A stretch of DNA of 64,000 nucleotides, taken from Proteromonas lacertae (taxonomy: Eukaryota). The notes below the pieces were generated by a model that was not told the DNA's origin, made no database searches, and saw only the letters and a program-made list of their open reading frames with translations. The DNA is taken from contig NGBS01000014.1 in assembly GCA_002245135.1 (NCBI GenBank), forward strand, positions 62,001 through 126,000, read 5' to 3'. A program made the position numbers and the translations under genes. Shown piece by piece: positions 26,601 through 40,502 of the stretch (position 1 is its first letter; each line of letters begins with the position of its first letter).

Positions 26601-29600
26601 TTCATCATTATATATCTTTATTTAATGAGAAGAGAGAAAGTTTAGAAGAACAACAAAGATATCTTAATACTGGTTTATTGAAACTAAGACAAACTGAAGA
26701 TCAAGTGAAGGCAATGAAAAGTAATTTGGAACATAAGAATAAACAATTACAAGAGAAACAGGAAGAAGCTGAATTGAAATTATCTGAGATGTTGGATAAT
26801 CAAAGAACAGCAGAAATTGCTAAAACTAAAGCAGAAGAAATGAGCAGAGGTTTGGAAGCAAAAAGAAACGAAATTGAATCAGCTAAAAGTGTTATAGAAA
26901 AACAATTAGCTGAAGTCGAGCCTAAAGTTCAAGCTGCTAAAGATAATGTTGAGAATATCGATAAATCAGCATTAAATGAAATAAAATCATTAGCAAAACC
27001 ACCAGAAAATGTTGAAAAAACAATGGCAATGGTTGGAATACTGCTACATGGACCAAAGAATAGTTGTGATTGGAAAGACTTAAAGAAAATGATGATTAAG
27101 AGTGATTTTATCTCCTCTATTGTTAATATGGATCCAACCAAAACAACTAAAGATATAATCAAAGTAATAAAGAGTAAATACATCAATGATAAGAACTTCA
27201 GTTATGAAGGTGTATTTAAGAGTAGTAGAGCTTGTGCGCCATTATATCAATGGGTTGTATCATTAATAGAGTATGGAGAAATATTAGACAGTATAGAACC
27301 AATGACTAAGAAAGTAGAATCTTTTACATCTGAATTAGATGTGTTAGAAAAACAATATAATAAAACAACTTCTGAATTAAATCAATTGAATAAAAAGATT
27401 GATAATTATAAGAGAGAGTATCAGGATTTAATCCATGAAATTGATAAGATTAAAGAAAATATTCAAACAGTATCACAAAATGTAGATCGATCTATAACAC
27501 TAGTACAATCGTTAACAGCTGAAAGAGATCGATGGGAAACTTCAACTAAATCATTCTCTAATGAACTCAATACTTTAGATGGAGATTGTTTATTAGGTTC
27601 AGCATTTTTAGCTTACATTGGTTGCTTTAACCACAAAAATAGAAAAATATTATTGAATGATTGGAATAATATATTACTCCAGTTCAATATTGATACAAAG
27701 GAGAATATTTCTTTGATTGAGTATTTATCTAAGCCAACTACACGATTAGAATGGACAACTAATTATTCATTGATTAATGATAATTTGTACTTGGAGAATG
27801 CTATTATATTGAATAGATTTATAAGATATCCATTAATCATTGATCCATCTGGTTCATGTATCAATTATCTATCAAAACTCTATGAAAAATCAAAATTAAA
27901 TAAATCATCCTTCTTAAACAGTTCATTTATGAAAGATTTAGAAAGTTCTATAAGATTTGGTTATCCATTATTAGTACAAGATGTTGAAAATATTGATCCA
28001 ATCTTAAATCCATTATTAAATAAAGAGTTACATAAAACTGGAGGAAGAACTTTAGTTAGAATTGGTGAAAATGATATTGATTTTAGTCCAACATTCAAAT
28101 TATTTTTAACAACAAGAGATTTTTCATTCCAATTTTCACCAGATATCTCAAGCCGAGTTTCATTTGTAAACTTTACTGTTACACCAAGTAGTTTGGAGAG
28201 TCAAACTTTGAATAAATTATTAGCTGCAGAAAGGCCAGAAGTAGAAGAAGAAAGAAACAAATTGTTATTATTAGAAGGACAATATCAAATACAATTAAGA
28301 GAATTAGAAGAAAAACTATTAGCTCAATTAAACAGTTTAGAAGGAAATATACTAGAAAATACAGTAATGATCAACACTTTAGAAGAAATAAAGAAAGAAT
28401 CTAAAGATATATCCGATCAAATGAATACAGCAATGGAATCAATGAGACAGTTAGAAAGTGTTAGTTCATTATATTTACCATTAGCATCCCTAGTCAGTCA
28501 CATTTACTTTGCATTAGAACAATTAATAGATATTCACTTCTTATACCAATTCTCATTATCATCTTATTTACATTTAATTGATAAGATCTTAACTCCAACT
28601 TATTCACCAGAATTAACATCTATTACTGAGCCTGAAAAAAGAATCGATTATTTGAATAAACAAATATTTGATATTATCTATCATCATATATCTAGATCTT
28701 TGTTGAAGAAAGATGAGATTGTATTTGCTTTGAGATTGATTCAAATTAAATTGAGTGGTGAAAATGATGAACCTAGTGAATTAGAATATGATCTATTATA
28801 TACTGATAAAAGATCATCTTCAACAATATCAGAATCAACAAAGAGAATAATAGACAAATATAATCTAAATATCGATGAAAATCAAAAGCAATTATTAAAC
28901 AATTTAATGACAATCTCTCAATTTGATTATATAAAAGCTGATTTAGAAAAGAATGAAGAATTCTGGTACAAATTCTTAGAATCTGAAAATGCAGAAAATA
29001 TGATTTTTGATTCCAATTATGACAGTTACACCAAGAGTGAACAATTACGTTATTTCCGTTGGTTAATTGTATTAAAAGCATTGCGACCAGATCGATTACT
29101 ATACGGTTATGATATTTATGTAAGAATCATATTTGGTGAATCATTTATGAAATCTAATGAAGATATATTCAATAACTTAACAGAAAAAACATATGCTGAA
29201 GAACCAATCTTATTATGTTCAGTAAAAGGATATGATCCATCACAAAAAGTGGAAATTTATGCCAAAGAAGTGAATAAAAAATTGACCTCTGTTGCATTAG
29301 GATCAAGTGAAGGATTTACATTAGCAGCAAAAGCAATACCACAAGCTATTCGTGAAGGTAGTTATATTTTATTAAGAAATGTTCATTTATGTCCATCTTG
29401 GTTGAATGATTTGATTAAAATGTTATATTCATTAAATAATTATAACCCAGAATTTAGATTATTTATGACATCAGAAATCCATCCAAATCTACCACCATCA
29501 TTGTTACAAATGAGTTATATTGTTGTCTTTGAACCTCCAGATGGTATAAGATCCAGTTTATTAAGATCAATTCAAAGTATTCCTGATAGTGCAATGAATC

Positions 29601-31024
29601 AAAAACCAAATATTCGAAGCAAATTATACTTTTTGATCTCTTGGATTCATGCAATAATAGTAGAAAGATTGAGATATAGTCCTGTAGGCTGGACAAAACC
29701 TTATGAATTCAATGATACAGATTATAATTGTGCCTTAAAAACAATCGATGAATATTTATTATTAGCTTGTCAAGGTAGTAAACGAAGTGAAATTAGTCCA
29801 GAAGAGTTACGTTGGGATGCATTAAGAGGATTATTATGTACGAGTGTATATGGCGGTAAAGTAGATAATAGCTGTGATGAGAAACTATTACAATCAATCT
29901 TTGATATATACTTCCAATTAGATAATACTAAAATCAATGCACCACTAGTGAAAGATATCGATAATAATAACAATGTAATAATCAAAGCACCAACCTTTAA
30001 TGAAAAGAGTAAATATATTGATTGGATTCAAGGTTTACCTACAAAGAATAGTCCATTATGGTTGGGTTTACCTGTAACTGCTGAAATTAGATTACTGCAA
30101 GAACAGAGTTATGAAGTATTAAAGAATGTGAATATGATTCAAGATATTAGTTCAATGGAAAGTGAATTAGTTAACACTCACAATATAGACAGCAATAATG
30201 ATAATAATAATACTTCTAGTCAACCACAATGGATGAAATTGTTATTAAATGATTGTAATGAATGGTTGAACTTATTAGTAAAAGAATGTATAAAACCAAC
30301 AAGAACAGAAGCTAAATTATCACATCCATTGTTTAGATTTATTGAGAGAGAAGTGAATATTGGTTCACAACTTTTAACTATTATTAGAAATGATTTGATC
30401 TCTGTAATAGATACAATAAATGGTAAAATTAAGAGTACAAATAACATTAGAATGTTATTAAATACATTAAGAAAAGATGTAATTCCAAATGAATGGAAGA
30501 ATAGTTATAGAATGACAAATGCAACTGTTAGTTTATGGTTACAAGATTTCAATAATAGAATCAAACAGTTGAATGTATTAAGTAATAAGAAATTGAATGA
30601 ATTATTATCTACTCCAATATGGTTAGGTGGATTATTCTATCCTGAAGCTTATTTAACTGCTACAAGACAGACTATTGCTCAATTTTACAATTATTCATTA
30701 GAAGAGTTAACATTGAAGATATCAGATAATAATAATAATAATGATATGTTGAATGATGATGAATTTGTATTAAGTAATTTATCAATAGAAGGTGGTGAAT
30801 ATAATGATAATATGTTAATACCTTCTAGTTCCATTAAATTTGGTGTTGAAACGATTAAAATGAGTTGGTGTAAGAATGAAACTATTGATAGGAGTGATTA
30901 TGTTGAGATTCCTTTGTATTTAAATAGTGAAAGAACTAATTTGATATTATTCGTTTTAGTAAAGTCTGAATTGAAACAGATTAGTTGGAATGAAAGAGGA
31001 TGTAGTTTTATTGCTCATCATTAA
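17643..31024 (+). CDS. DYNC1H1: Cytoplasmic dynein 1 heavy chain
   Basis: P-loops GPAGTGKT, GPSGTGKS, GPPGSGKS and GESGVGKT, plus WGCFDEFNRLEE, HYDFGLRALKSVL and a stalk coiled coil. ATG at 17643, 32-nt intron 17689-17720, then one 13.3-kb exon. Confidence 0.96.
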
Positions 31025-31110
31025 AACAAATACAATTATTATTATTATTATTATTATTAATATTATTAATTTTTTTTAATTTATTTTATCATACTATTTA
31101 CTTTTTCATT

Positions 31111-32064
31111 TTAAAACAATTCTATTTTTCTATTTTGATAATGTTTTAATGTTTCTTCATTTATATCATTTACATTCATATTCTTTATCAATATCTCTTC
31201 ATATTGGTTGTATTTCCTTTCTAACATACGATTAATATCATTTTTATATTTCTCTTTACTCTCTTTATACTCTTCACTATTCATAACCATTAAAAACTCT
31301 AACAATCTATTTATTACATCATCAAAATCTTTAGCTTTTCTTGTAGATGTTATAGAACTAATATGCTTTGTAAATAATATAGACGATGAAGATTTTTCTC
31401 CTAAACTTGTTATTTTTGCTTTTGGATGTATTAACAAACACATAGTCACAAAATCTTCAAATTTACCATCTTCTTTAACAGCTTTTAATGTTTTATATAA
31501 ATCAGCACGATATACTTTAGTCCAGCCAAGTGTAGTAAAACTTAAAATACCTTCTTTAGGAGGATATGATATGTTATCATCTTTATTATAATATTTATTA
31601 GCAATTGATTTTGAAGTTATTTTTTCTTTCAATATTGTTTCTGTTATTACAACTTCATTATCTTCAACTACAAAATCAAAATCTAATAATAGTACTGTTG
31701 CATAAGTATTTTGCATTTGAGATATAGATGTAGATATGACTTTTGTGTTTGAATATAAATCATCAGAGTCTAATTGGAAGATATAATCCTTGTTATTCAC
31801 ATTGCTTTTAGGATCTTTGATATATGACAATAATTCATTTCTTGCAAAAGCAATTCCTCTATTTTTACAGTTATTTAAAAACACAATTTTATCAGGATAC
31901 TTAGTTTTATATTCCTCTATAATCTGTATACTAGAGTCAGTTGAACCATCATTATAAACTACAACTTTTATGTCACAATAATCTTGAGATAATATTGAAT
32001 CCAATGATTTAGCTATATACTGTGCAGAGTTATAAAATGGCATCAATATCCAAGCTGTAGCCAT
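31111..32064 (-). CDS. Glycosyltransferase family 2, intronless
   Basis: ILMPFYN, VYNDGSTDSS, NRGIAFARN, DxD motif LDSDD, FEDF. Confidence 0.9.
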   Translation of the reverse strand: MATAWILMPFYNSAQYIAKSLDSILSQDYCDIKVVVYNDGSTDSSIQIIEEYKTKYPDKIVFLNNCKNRGIAFARNELLSYIKDPKSNVNNKDYIFQLDSDDLYSNTKVISTSISQMQNTYATVLLLDFDFVVEDNEVVITETILKEKITSKSIANKYYNKDDNISYPPKEGILSFTTLGWTKVYRADLYKTLKAVKEDGKFEDFVTMCLLIHPKAKITSLGEKSSSSILFTKHISSITSTRKAKDFDDVINRLLEFLMVMNSEEYKESKEKYKNDINRMLERKYNQYEEILIKNMNVNDINEETLKHYQNRKIELF

Positions 32065-32316
32065 CTCTTATAATAAAATAAACACAAATGAATAAAATAG
32101 AAACGGATAGATTTTTAGAATTATTAAATTTTATAAAAAGAAAGGTTCTATAATCTATAGATAAGAATATAACATGAAAACATAAAATTGTATTTTTCTA
32201 TAATACATCTATCAATAAAAATTAAAAAGATATTTTTGTGTCATTTTGACAGTCAATATCTGTAATTTTGTGTTTTGATTAGTTTTTTAAAAAACAATAT
32301 AAAAACTTAATCTAGA

Positions 32317-33478
32317 ATGATCGACAAATGGATAGAACAGCTAATGTCAGGCAAATTTTTAAGTAAAAAGAATCTGTGTTCGCTTTGCGAGATTGTATAT
32401 TTCTATATAACGTAAAAGGTTAAAGAATTGCTTATCGAAGAGTCAAATGTCCAACCAATAAATCCACCACTGGTTGTATAATTATGGAACCATTTTTTGC
32501 TTTAGATATGTGGAGATATTCACGGACAGTTTTATGATCTTATGCAATTGCTTAGTGTGACGGGTCTTCCTCCTCACAATAAATTTCTTTTTCTGGTATA
32601 TTATTTTTGTTGTTTATTTGAAATAGGGTGATTATGTGGATCGAGGATATAATGCAGTGGAGACCTTAGAGTTGCTGTTATGCTTTAAAGCTAAGTATAT
32701 CACTTTTCATAATTAAATAATTTTCTATATTAATTAGGTATCCAGATAAAATGTTGTTATTAAGAGGAAATCATGAATGTAGATCAATATGTAAAGTCTA
32801 TGGCTTTTATCAAGAGTGTTATTTGAAATATAATTCATCTTTACCATGGAAATGGTGTACTGATGTATTTGATTACTTACCTGTAGCTGCTGTATTAATA
32901 TATTGAATATATTTAATGAATAGACAATTAGTGATAGAATATTTTGTATTCATGGTGGTTTATCTCCTTCTATTAAAACACTTGATGAAGTATAATTTAT
33001 ATATTTTTGTATTTATAATGTAGTTGAGAGTTCTTGATAGAATAGAAGAAATACCACCAGAAGGCGCTTTAGCTGATTTACTCTGGTCAGATCCCGAAAA
33101 TATTGAGACATGGGGAGTAAGTCCAAGAGGTGCAGGTTATTTATTTGGTTATAAAGTCACTCAACAGTTTAATAGATTAAATGGATTTGAACTGATTTGT
33201 AGAGCGCATCAATTGGTTCAAGAAGGATTCTGCTATTCTTTTAGAGATCACACTGTGTTAACCATTTGGTCTGCTCCTAATTATTGTTATCGTTGTGGTA
33301 ATTTGGCATCTGTATTAATATTAAATGAGAGAATGGAGAGAGAGTTTCATATATTCCGTGAAGTATATTCTAAATTATTTTATTGCTAATATTTATCTAA
33401 TAGAATCCAGAAGGACAGTTTGTTCATTCAAGAAGTAGTAGTTTTTATAATAATATTGAAAATCAAAATTTCGCGTAA
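32317..33478 (+). CDS. Ser/Thr phosphatase catalytic subunit, PP6/Sit4-like, 8 exons
   Basis: Splicing yields [46 protein letters not shown] and [11 protein letters not shown]. Seven GT-AG introns, the shortest 24 nt. Confidence 0.9.
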
Positions 33479-33647
33479 TTATTAGTATTCGTGTCATTTA
33501 ATAATTAATAATTTGATATTATATATATACATATTTTTATAAATATTATGTTTTAAGTTGTTTTTTCTTTATTTTAATAAACTATGCTTGATTCTTGTTT
33601 GAGAATATTTTTTAAAATATCTTTAGAAATAAGATAATTACACACAA

Positions 33648-35842
33648 ATGACATATGTGTCTAGAATTATACCAAATGAAGGGTATATTGAAAGCATTTA
33701 TTATTTGACGAAATAGGATATCTAGAAAACTAGTAGAAAATGGGTATGGAGACATGAAAGTGTTGGTTGAAGATCAAGAAATATTAGCAGTTAAATCATT
33801 ATTTTGTGGATTTAATGTAATATTAACCAAATTAGTAACAGATACAAAATTTAATGGCATTTTGGAATTATTCGAAGGTTGTACAGTTGAAAGTTTCTTA
33901 GCTCTTGAAGGATTTTATGGCTGTGGGAAAGTGGAAATAAACGAAGAAAATTGTGTTGATATTCTAAGTATCTGTGTATATTATGATGAAAAATTCCTTT
34001 TCAATGAATGCCAAAAGTATAATTATAATATTATTGTTTATTTTATTTGTAATAGATTCATTGTAAAACACTATACAGATGAAATAATCTCTAGAATTCT
34101 AAATAGAATAGAGTTGTTTCATTATGAAATGATTAATGATATACATCAAATAACAAACAATTATTTACAGTTACATTCATTAGAATTGTTACAGAAAGAT
34201 GTTATTACTAATTTAAGTATAGAAAGTCTGAAATATGTACTTCAATCCCAATGTATTTGTATAAGAAATGAAACAGAACTGTTTAAATCGCTCATTTATT
34301 ATTACAAATTCAAAGTATATGAAAGTGAATTAAATGATAAAAATGAATTACAAAAGATTTTTGAATTTATTTCTTATCAGAATATAGATTTTGACAGTTT
34401 AGATGAAGATGAATATGAAGTTATAAACTCAATTCCAATACTGTCAATTTTATTACAGAATTTCCATTTAAATCATATTGTTGTACCAATACCTGACAAT
34501 ATTAATAAAATCCTTTATCCAATTATACTGAAATATTACATTAATAAAGATGAAAAACCATTAATCAATATAGATAGTATTAATTTATATATATTGTATT
34601 TTTTATTGAATAGATGAAGATATCAATGTTATTAAAGGAAATGAAATAAGTGAATCAATAGACATTCTGTTAAATACAAATGATATCAAGATTATAATAA
34701 TCACATTATTAATAATTATTGATGGAGAGATAGAATATAATCAACTAAATAATACATCATCAATAGTAAAGAAGAAAATATTCAGTAAATTATTATCTGA
34801 ATATCATAATAATAACAATAATATTAAGTATTTCAAATATTCTATTCCAAAATGTCTTACACTCTTTGTAAATAATCAATTGTCTATTGACACTATCAAT
34901 TTTGTGTGTGGAAGACAATTGTTGTATAGTATCTTAAATCGATCTCAGTATATATCAGATATTAAATTACAGTTGATAATTAAATACCTAAAGCAGTATA
35001 AGTATAATGCCAAAAGCAATGAAGAAAGAGAAAGAATAGAAGAGGAAGATAAAGAATATTTTAATATTTTAGAGAATGTAGAAATCAAAAGAATATATAT
35101 AAACTATTTGGCTACTTTTACTTATCCTTGTTATTTGTATCATTACTTTGTGAATGAAGAAATATCTATTAAACCTATTTGTGATGGAAACTGTTGTAGT
35201 TTTATTATTACTCCGAAATTGCCAAATGGTTTAAAACTGAATGAGAAAACAGGTGAAATAAGTGGAAGAATTTCTCAACCAATTAGACAGAAATATACTG
35301 TAATATGTGAGAATATTACAAATAAAATCACATTCAAAATAAAACTTGAAATATATGAAGATATAAAGTTTATAAAATGCTTAAAATCAAATAATGATAA
35401 ATTAATAGAAAGATCTATCCAATCAATAGGAAAAGAAGAAGAATATTATATATTGAATATAGTTATGGATGAATATATTTACCATATAAGATATAGAATA
35501 AGTGGAGTAAATAAAGAGAGTAGTATTCAGATAGGAGCAACAAATACAAATCATTTTCCTAAAGATAGTTATGAAGATAAGACGTCTTGTTGTTTTTCAT
35601 TACATACAGGTCTATTTTATTTATATGGAGCAAATGGCACTCCAGTAAAATCACCAGGTGTGAACTATGTTGACAATTCTGTATATGAATGTATATTCAA
35701 TATGAAAATGAAACAATTCATTTTGAAATATGAAAATGGTGTTGAAGAAGTTTTGTGGGAAAAGATTCAAGGCCCATTATATCCATTTATACTATTAGAA
35801 AATGAAAGTAGTGTAGATATTGTTGGTTATTGGAAAGAATGA
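33648..35842 (+). CDS. BTB/BACK + putative Ig (He_PIG-like) + SPRY-like protein
   Basis: BTB/BACK-like segment (FYGCGKVEINEENC, LSIESLKYVLQS...NETELF), Ig-like PKLPNGLKLNEKTGEISG, and SPRY-like end (GPLYPFILL). GT-AG introns join the ORFs. Confidence 0.65.
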
Positions 35843-35970
35843 ATAATTTATCTTCATTCATCTCACTTTCAAACCAATATATGTAAATATCCAATATAAT
35901 CTTTCCTTCATATAACAGTAAGAAAACAATTAACAAAACACAATTTTCAATTAGTTAATTACAAATAATT

Positions 35971-36923
35971 TTAAAATCTATTTGGTCTCTTACGTCCTGT
36001 ATATTTTGTATCAGGTCTTACCTCCTTTCCTTGTTTTCTAGCTCTCTCTTTTTTAGCTAAAATCCATTCTCGACTCTTTTTGATAGGTTTATCACCTCTT
36101 TTCCTTTTATAATTTCTATTTCGTCTTTCATAGTCTATTTCATCTTTAAATATATTATTCATTCCTTTTCCTTCATTCTCATCATTCTCACCCTCTTCTT
36201 CTTCTTCAAGACCATCTTTCGCTTTTGGCATATCTTTTGCTGAACTTTCACCAGCAAATAGACAAAGATAGTATTTCTTTGCTTTTGAACTATGAGGATA
36301 ATCGATCAACAAACCACCAGTAAAACCACACTTAGTTGCACTACTAGTAATTAATTCGATTTGTTTTGGAGTCTCAGGATACAGTTGAAAGACTGCTCTA
36401 TTAAAAATTATATAAAAATAATTCATACATACTTTGCTCCTACTTTCATACAACTATAGAGAGATTGAAAAAATGTGGTTAATCTTTTACTTGCAACTTC
36501 ACTTTTTTTATTTGAATAGCATAACCATTGTAATGCTGATATGCTGATTACTCCATCAAAAACACCACTTCTGAAAGGCATTCCATCACCCATATCTCGC
36601 GTTATTAAGTCTCCTAATAGATCACTTTCACTAGCTATATTCAACATGTCCTGACTAATATCACAACCTATCCACATATGACCTGCTGCCTCTATACAAC
36701 TTCCACTTAAACCACTTCCACAGCCAACATCTAATATCAAACATCCACTATCTTCTGGTAATCCAAGTATTTCTAATGCTCTTTCTGATAGTTTTGTCTG
36801 AATTTCTATTATTCTACTATTTTGAGTATATTTTTTAGCTTCAGTAGAATTATAATAGTACTAACAATATATTTTTGAATATATAAATACTTCAGGAGGC
36901 GATTCATACTCAGGACGACTCAT
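35971..36923 (-). CDS. BUD23: 18S rRNA m7G methyltransferase Bud23/WBSCR22
   Basis: MSRPEYESPPE, ILDVGCGSGLSG, ISISALQWLC, GFTGGLLIDYPHSSKAKKYYL, KYTGRKR. Two GT-AG introns. Confidence 0.95.
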
Positions 36924-37038
36924 TTTAATTAATGTAAGTTTGATGATTGGTTTGCCATTCTCAAAACGGATTAATTTTCAATATTTAAATATAAACAAAT
37001 AGGAATATAAAATATAAACAATTTTTATTGTTTTATAA

Positions 37039-40000
37039 TTATTGAATATTATGGAATTGTTTTGAAAGTTTTTTCTTTTCCTCTTCTGTTATTCCATCTA
37101 ATTCAATTTCTCCAATTGTTGAGAATGCTTCTAAAAAAGATATTAATTCTATTTTATCAATATTCTCTTTCACTGATATTGCTAACTGATATAAAACATC
37201 AAACACTTCTTTATTTTCTTTCATTAATCGTAATTCTCTTTCATTTAATTCATTTCCTGATATATTCATATTTTCTAATGGTTTATAATCTTTTAATCTT
37301 TCTATTAATGTTGTTAATCCTTTTTCACTCATTCCAATATCTATTTAATGTATAGATTATATTCATAAATTAATACATGAGAGATTTAATGATGAATATC
37401 TATCAACAAATTTATCTAAATATTTGCATATTATTTCAATTCCTTCATCTCCAATTCGATTTTTGAATATTGAGATATATTCTACATCTCTGGGTAAGGA
37501 ATCTGTCAATTCTTTTAATCCTTTTGAAGTAATTCTATTATCGGATAAGTAAAGATAATTATAATTAATCTGCTTAAGTAACGAAACATGAGAATCTTTC
37601 ACATTTAAACCTATTTCATTATAAAGAGTCTATACAAGAAAAATCATATCTTCTAAAACTATTACGTTTCTTTTTAATACAATAATCCAAATAATATTCC
37701 AATTCTTCATTATCCCATGATGAACATTTCATTTCAATAAATGGATTAATTACTCCTTTTTCTAATGATTTTGAACATATTAATTCTAATCTGATATCAT
37801 TTCCATTTAGAGTTATTTGCTTACAATATCTTACTTTATCTATTTCACCTACTAATAACATACTGCTTTCATCATTTATTAAGATATTGTCTAGTGAAAT
37901 TTCGCCACAATAAAAGTTTAACATATTTAATCTACTTTCTAATAGTTTAATCCCATCATTACCAATTGGATTATCTATTTAATCAAATAATAAATTAAAA
38001 TGATAATATTATATATATACCATGAATAAAAAACTTTTCGATATTGTCGTTCTCTTTCATATAATACATTAAACGTTCTACTCCATGTGAATCTATGTGA
38101 TTATCACTTATATCAAGCTTAACTTTTTCATTAATACTCTTTACACCATGTAATAAATGTTTTAATCCAACTGAAGATAATCCCATTTCTATAATATACA
38201 ATAAAATAATAATATCTATACTAGAACAATTAATTCTTTTATATTTAAATTTTTCTATTAATAAATTCAAATATGGAAAAAATATTTTCATTCCTTCATC
38301 TCCTATTTGATTTCCATATATTTGAATTTCTTCAAGATTTGAAAATGAAGGTAAATTGTCAATCAATATTTTCATACTTTTAGATGATAGTTTATTATCT
38401 AAATAATTGAAAAATATCAGATTATACTATCCAAATACAACTTTTTTATTTTTCCTAATTCATTTGATCTTAATGAAATGAATGATTTGAATAAATCATC
38501 ATCAATTCCAGAATTACTTAAAATTAATGTATTGTTATATGTAATGTACTTGATTAACTCTGAAATATCTTTGTCAATCAGTAATTCTTTACTTCCATTA
38601 AAATCAAAGTTGATTTTTGAGATAAGAAAATTGGAAAATAATGCTTTTAATCCTCTTGAATGAATGTGAATATTAGAATTTATTTTTATTTTCTTAAGAT
38701 TTGGATATTTATATAATTCTTCTGATAATAATATCATAGATTCATCATTTAAATCCATTCCAGAAAGATTCAATTCATTCTTATTGTTTATCAACAGGTG
38801 TAAATATGGAAGTAATAATTTGAAGCCTTTCACACCAATAGGATTATCTAATTCATAATAGAATAATAGAATAAATAGAAAATAAATACATTCTATTTTT
38901 ATATATCTCAACTTCATGAATGGAATTGATTTAACTAATTGTTCAATGAAATGAAAAGTCATGCATAAACATGATAAATCCAATTCTTGCAGATCAGACA
39001 ATTGAGAAAAATTCGATGAGAATAATGATTGATATTGGATTGGAATAACTAAATCTAAAAAATAAAAATGATAAGAATTATACTAAATCTGAGTTTTGTT
39101 GGATTAATTAGTTTCATTATTCTAAAAAAATATTTCATCCCTTCTTCACATAAACAAATACAATATGAATTGATCTCGATTATTTCTTTGTTATTTATTT
39201 CAGTTTCAACATTTATTATCATTTTATCTAGAAAACATTCTCTATCTTCTTTACATTGATGATGAATATGAAACTTTATTGCATATGGTATTATTTGATC
39301 CTTTCTATATATTTTCATCATTGTTAGAAATGCTAATATTCTTTCATTTGGTTTATTTTTGTAGGATTCTATTAAATTATCTCTAATCTCTTCCCATTTA
39401 TCATTCAAAATATAATACTCTGCTATAATATCAAATGGTGATATTTCTGTTAGATAATCATTATAATATAAAACTTCTTTTCTTTCTCTTATAATCATCA
39501 TATTATCATCTCTAAGTATTTCATTAAATTTCACCATTTCTTTTTTCAACTCTTTTAAAGTCAATCTATCTTCATTTTTCACTTTTAACATTCTTTCCAT
39601 CATCTCTTTCATCATTTCATCATACTCTACATCATAACTGTATTTACATCTTAGAATATTTTTCATTGTTTTATTCATATTATCATCTTCATTAAATGGT
39701 AATTTCTTAAACATCATTTCATATAATATACAACCAATTGACCAAATAACACTTCTCTCATTACATTCAAAATTACCCAATTCCTCTGGGCTTTTGAAGC
39801 AAATGTCATGAACTCTCATATTTTTATTTTTTCTCAATAAATCCAAGTATAAATCACATAACTTCACATTTCCATCTTCTTCATATATTATGTTACTACT
39901 CTTTATATTGCTTGCTACTATATCATATTCATTCAATATCATTAATTTATCACATAATGAACATATTATATCACAAATATCACTATTTGACAAGGTTTTA

Positions 40001-40352
40001 CTTTTAATAATCTCTTCTAAATCTCTTAAGTAATATTCTCTCTCTAATATTTGAAAATCAGTATAGTCATTAAATTGAAAACTTTTAAAAGAATAGATGA
40101 AGGATGTACAACAGTCTGACAGAAATGAGTTTGTCTCATAGAATTGTAATATATCCTTCTCATTTAGTTCTGTAATATTCAACACTTTAAGAATATTAAT
40201 ATCATCAGGATGTTGTACAAACAAATCTACTTCATAAATACCTTTCTTTGTTATATCTTTTACCTATAAAAATAAAATAATGAAAATACTTGTGATTTAG
40301 ATGATAATATTGGTAATATAACATCATCTACAAAAGAATTTAAGAAAATCAT
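37039..40352 (-). CDS. Pseudokinase-LRR copy 3 (more diverged), multi-exon
   Basis: Same architecture and intron pattern as copy 1: NIKSSNI, VKLCDLY, KSPEEL, WSIGCILYEM, LRRs, and ending GITEEEKKKLSKQFHNIQ. Confidence 0.85.
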
Positions 40353-40502
40353 TTGTTTCAAAATATTGAGTCGTTTCATTACTTCAGTTATTCCTTTTTA
40401 AGCTATTATTATGATACATATGAAATGAATTTATTACTATTTTCCTTTATTTTAGAATTACAAACAATTTAATAAAATTATTAACCATTTAACTATATCA
40501 AA

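Noticed and set aside
19143..30447. Many short antisense or alternate-frame ORFs (also 293-529, 7385-7741, 13329-13730, 31208-31591, 54641-54853)
   Set aside because: They are shadow ORFs of real genes, rich in F/I/L/S, with no recognisable motifs.
36147..36167. Possible 21-nt GA-AG intron in BUD23
   Set aside because: The frame is open without splicing and the region is a variable linker, so nothing requires an intron.
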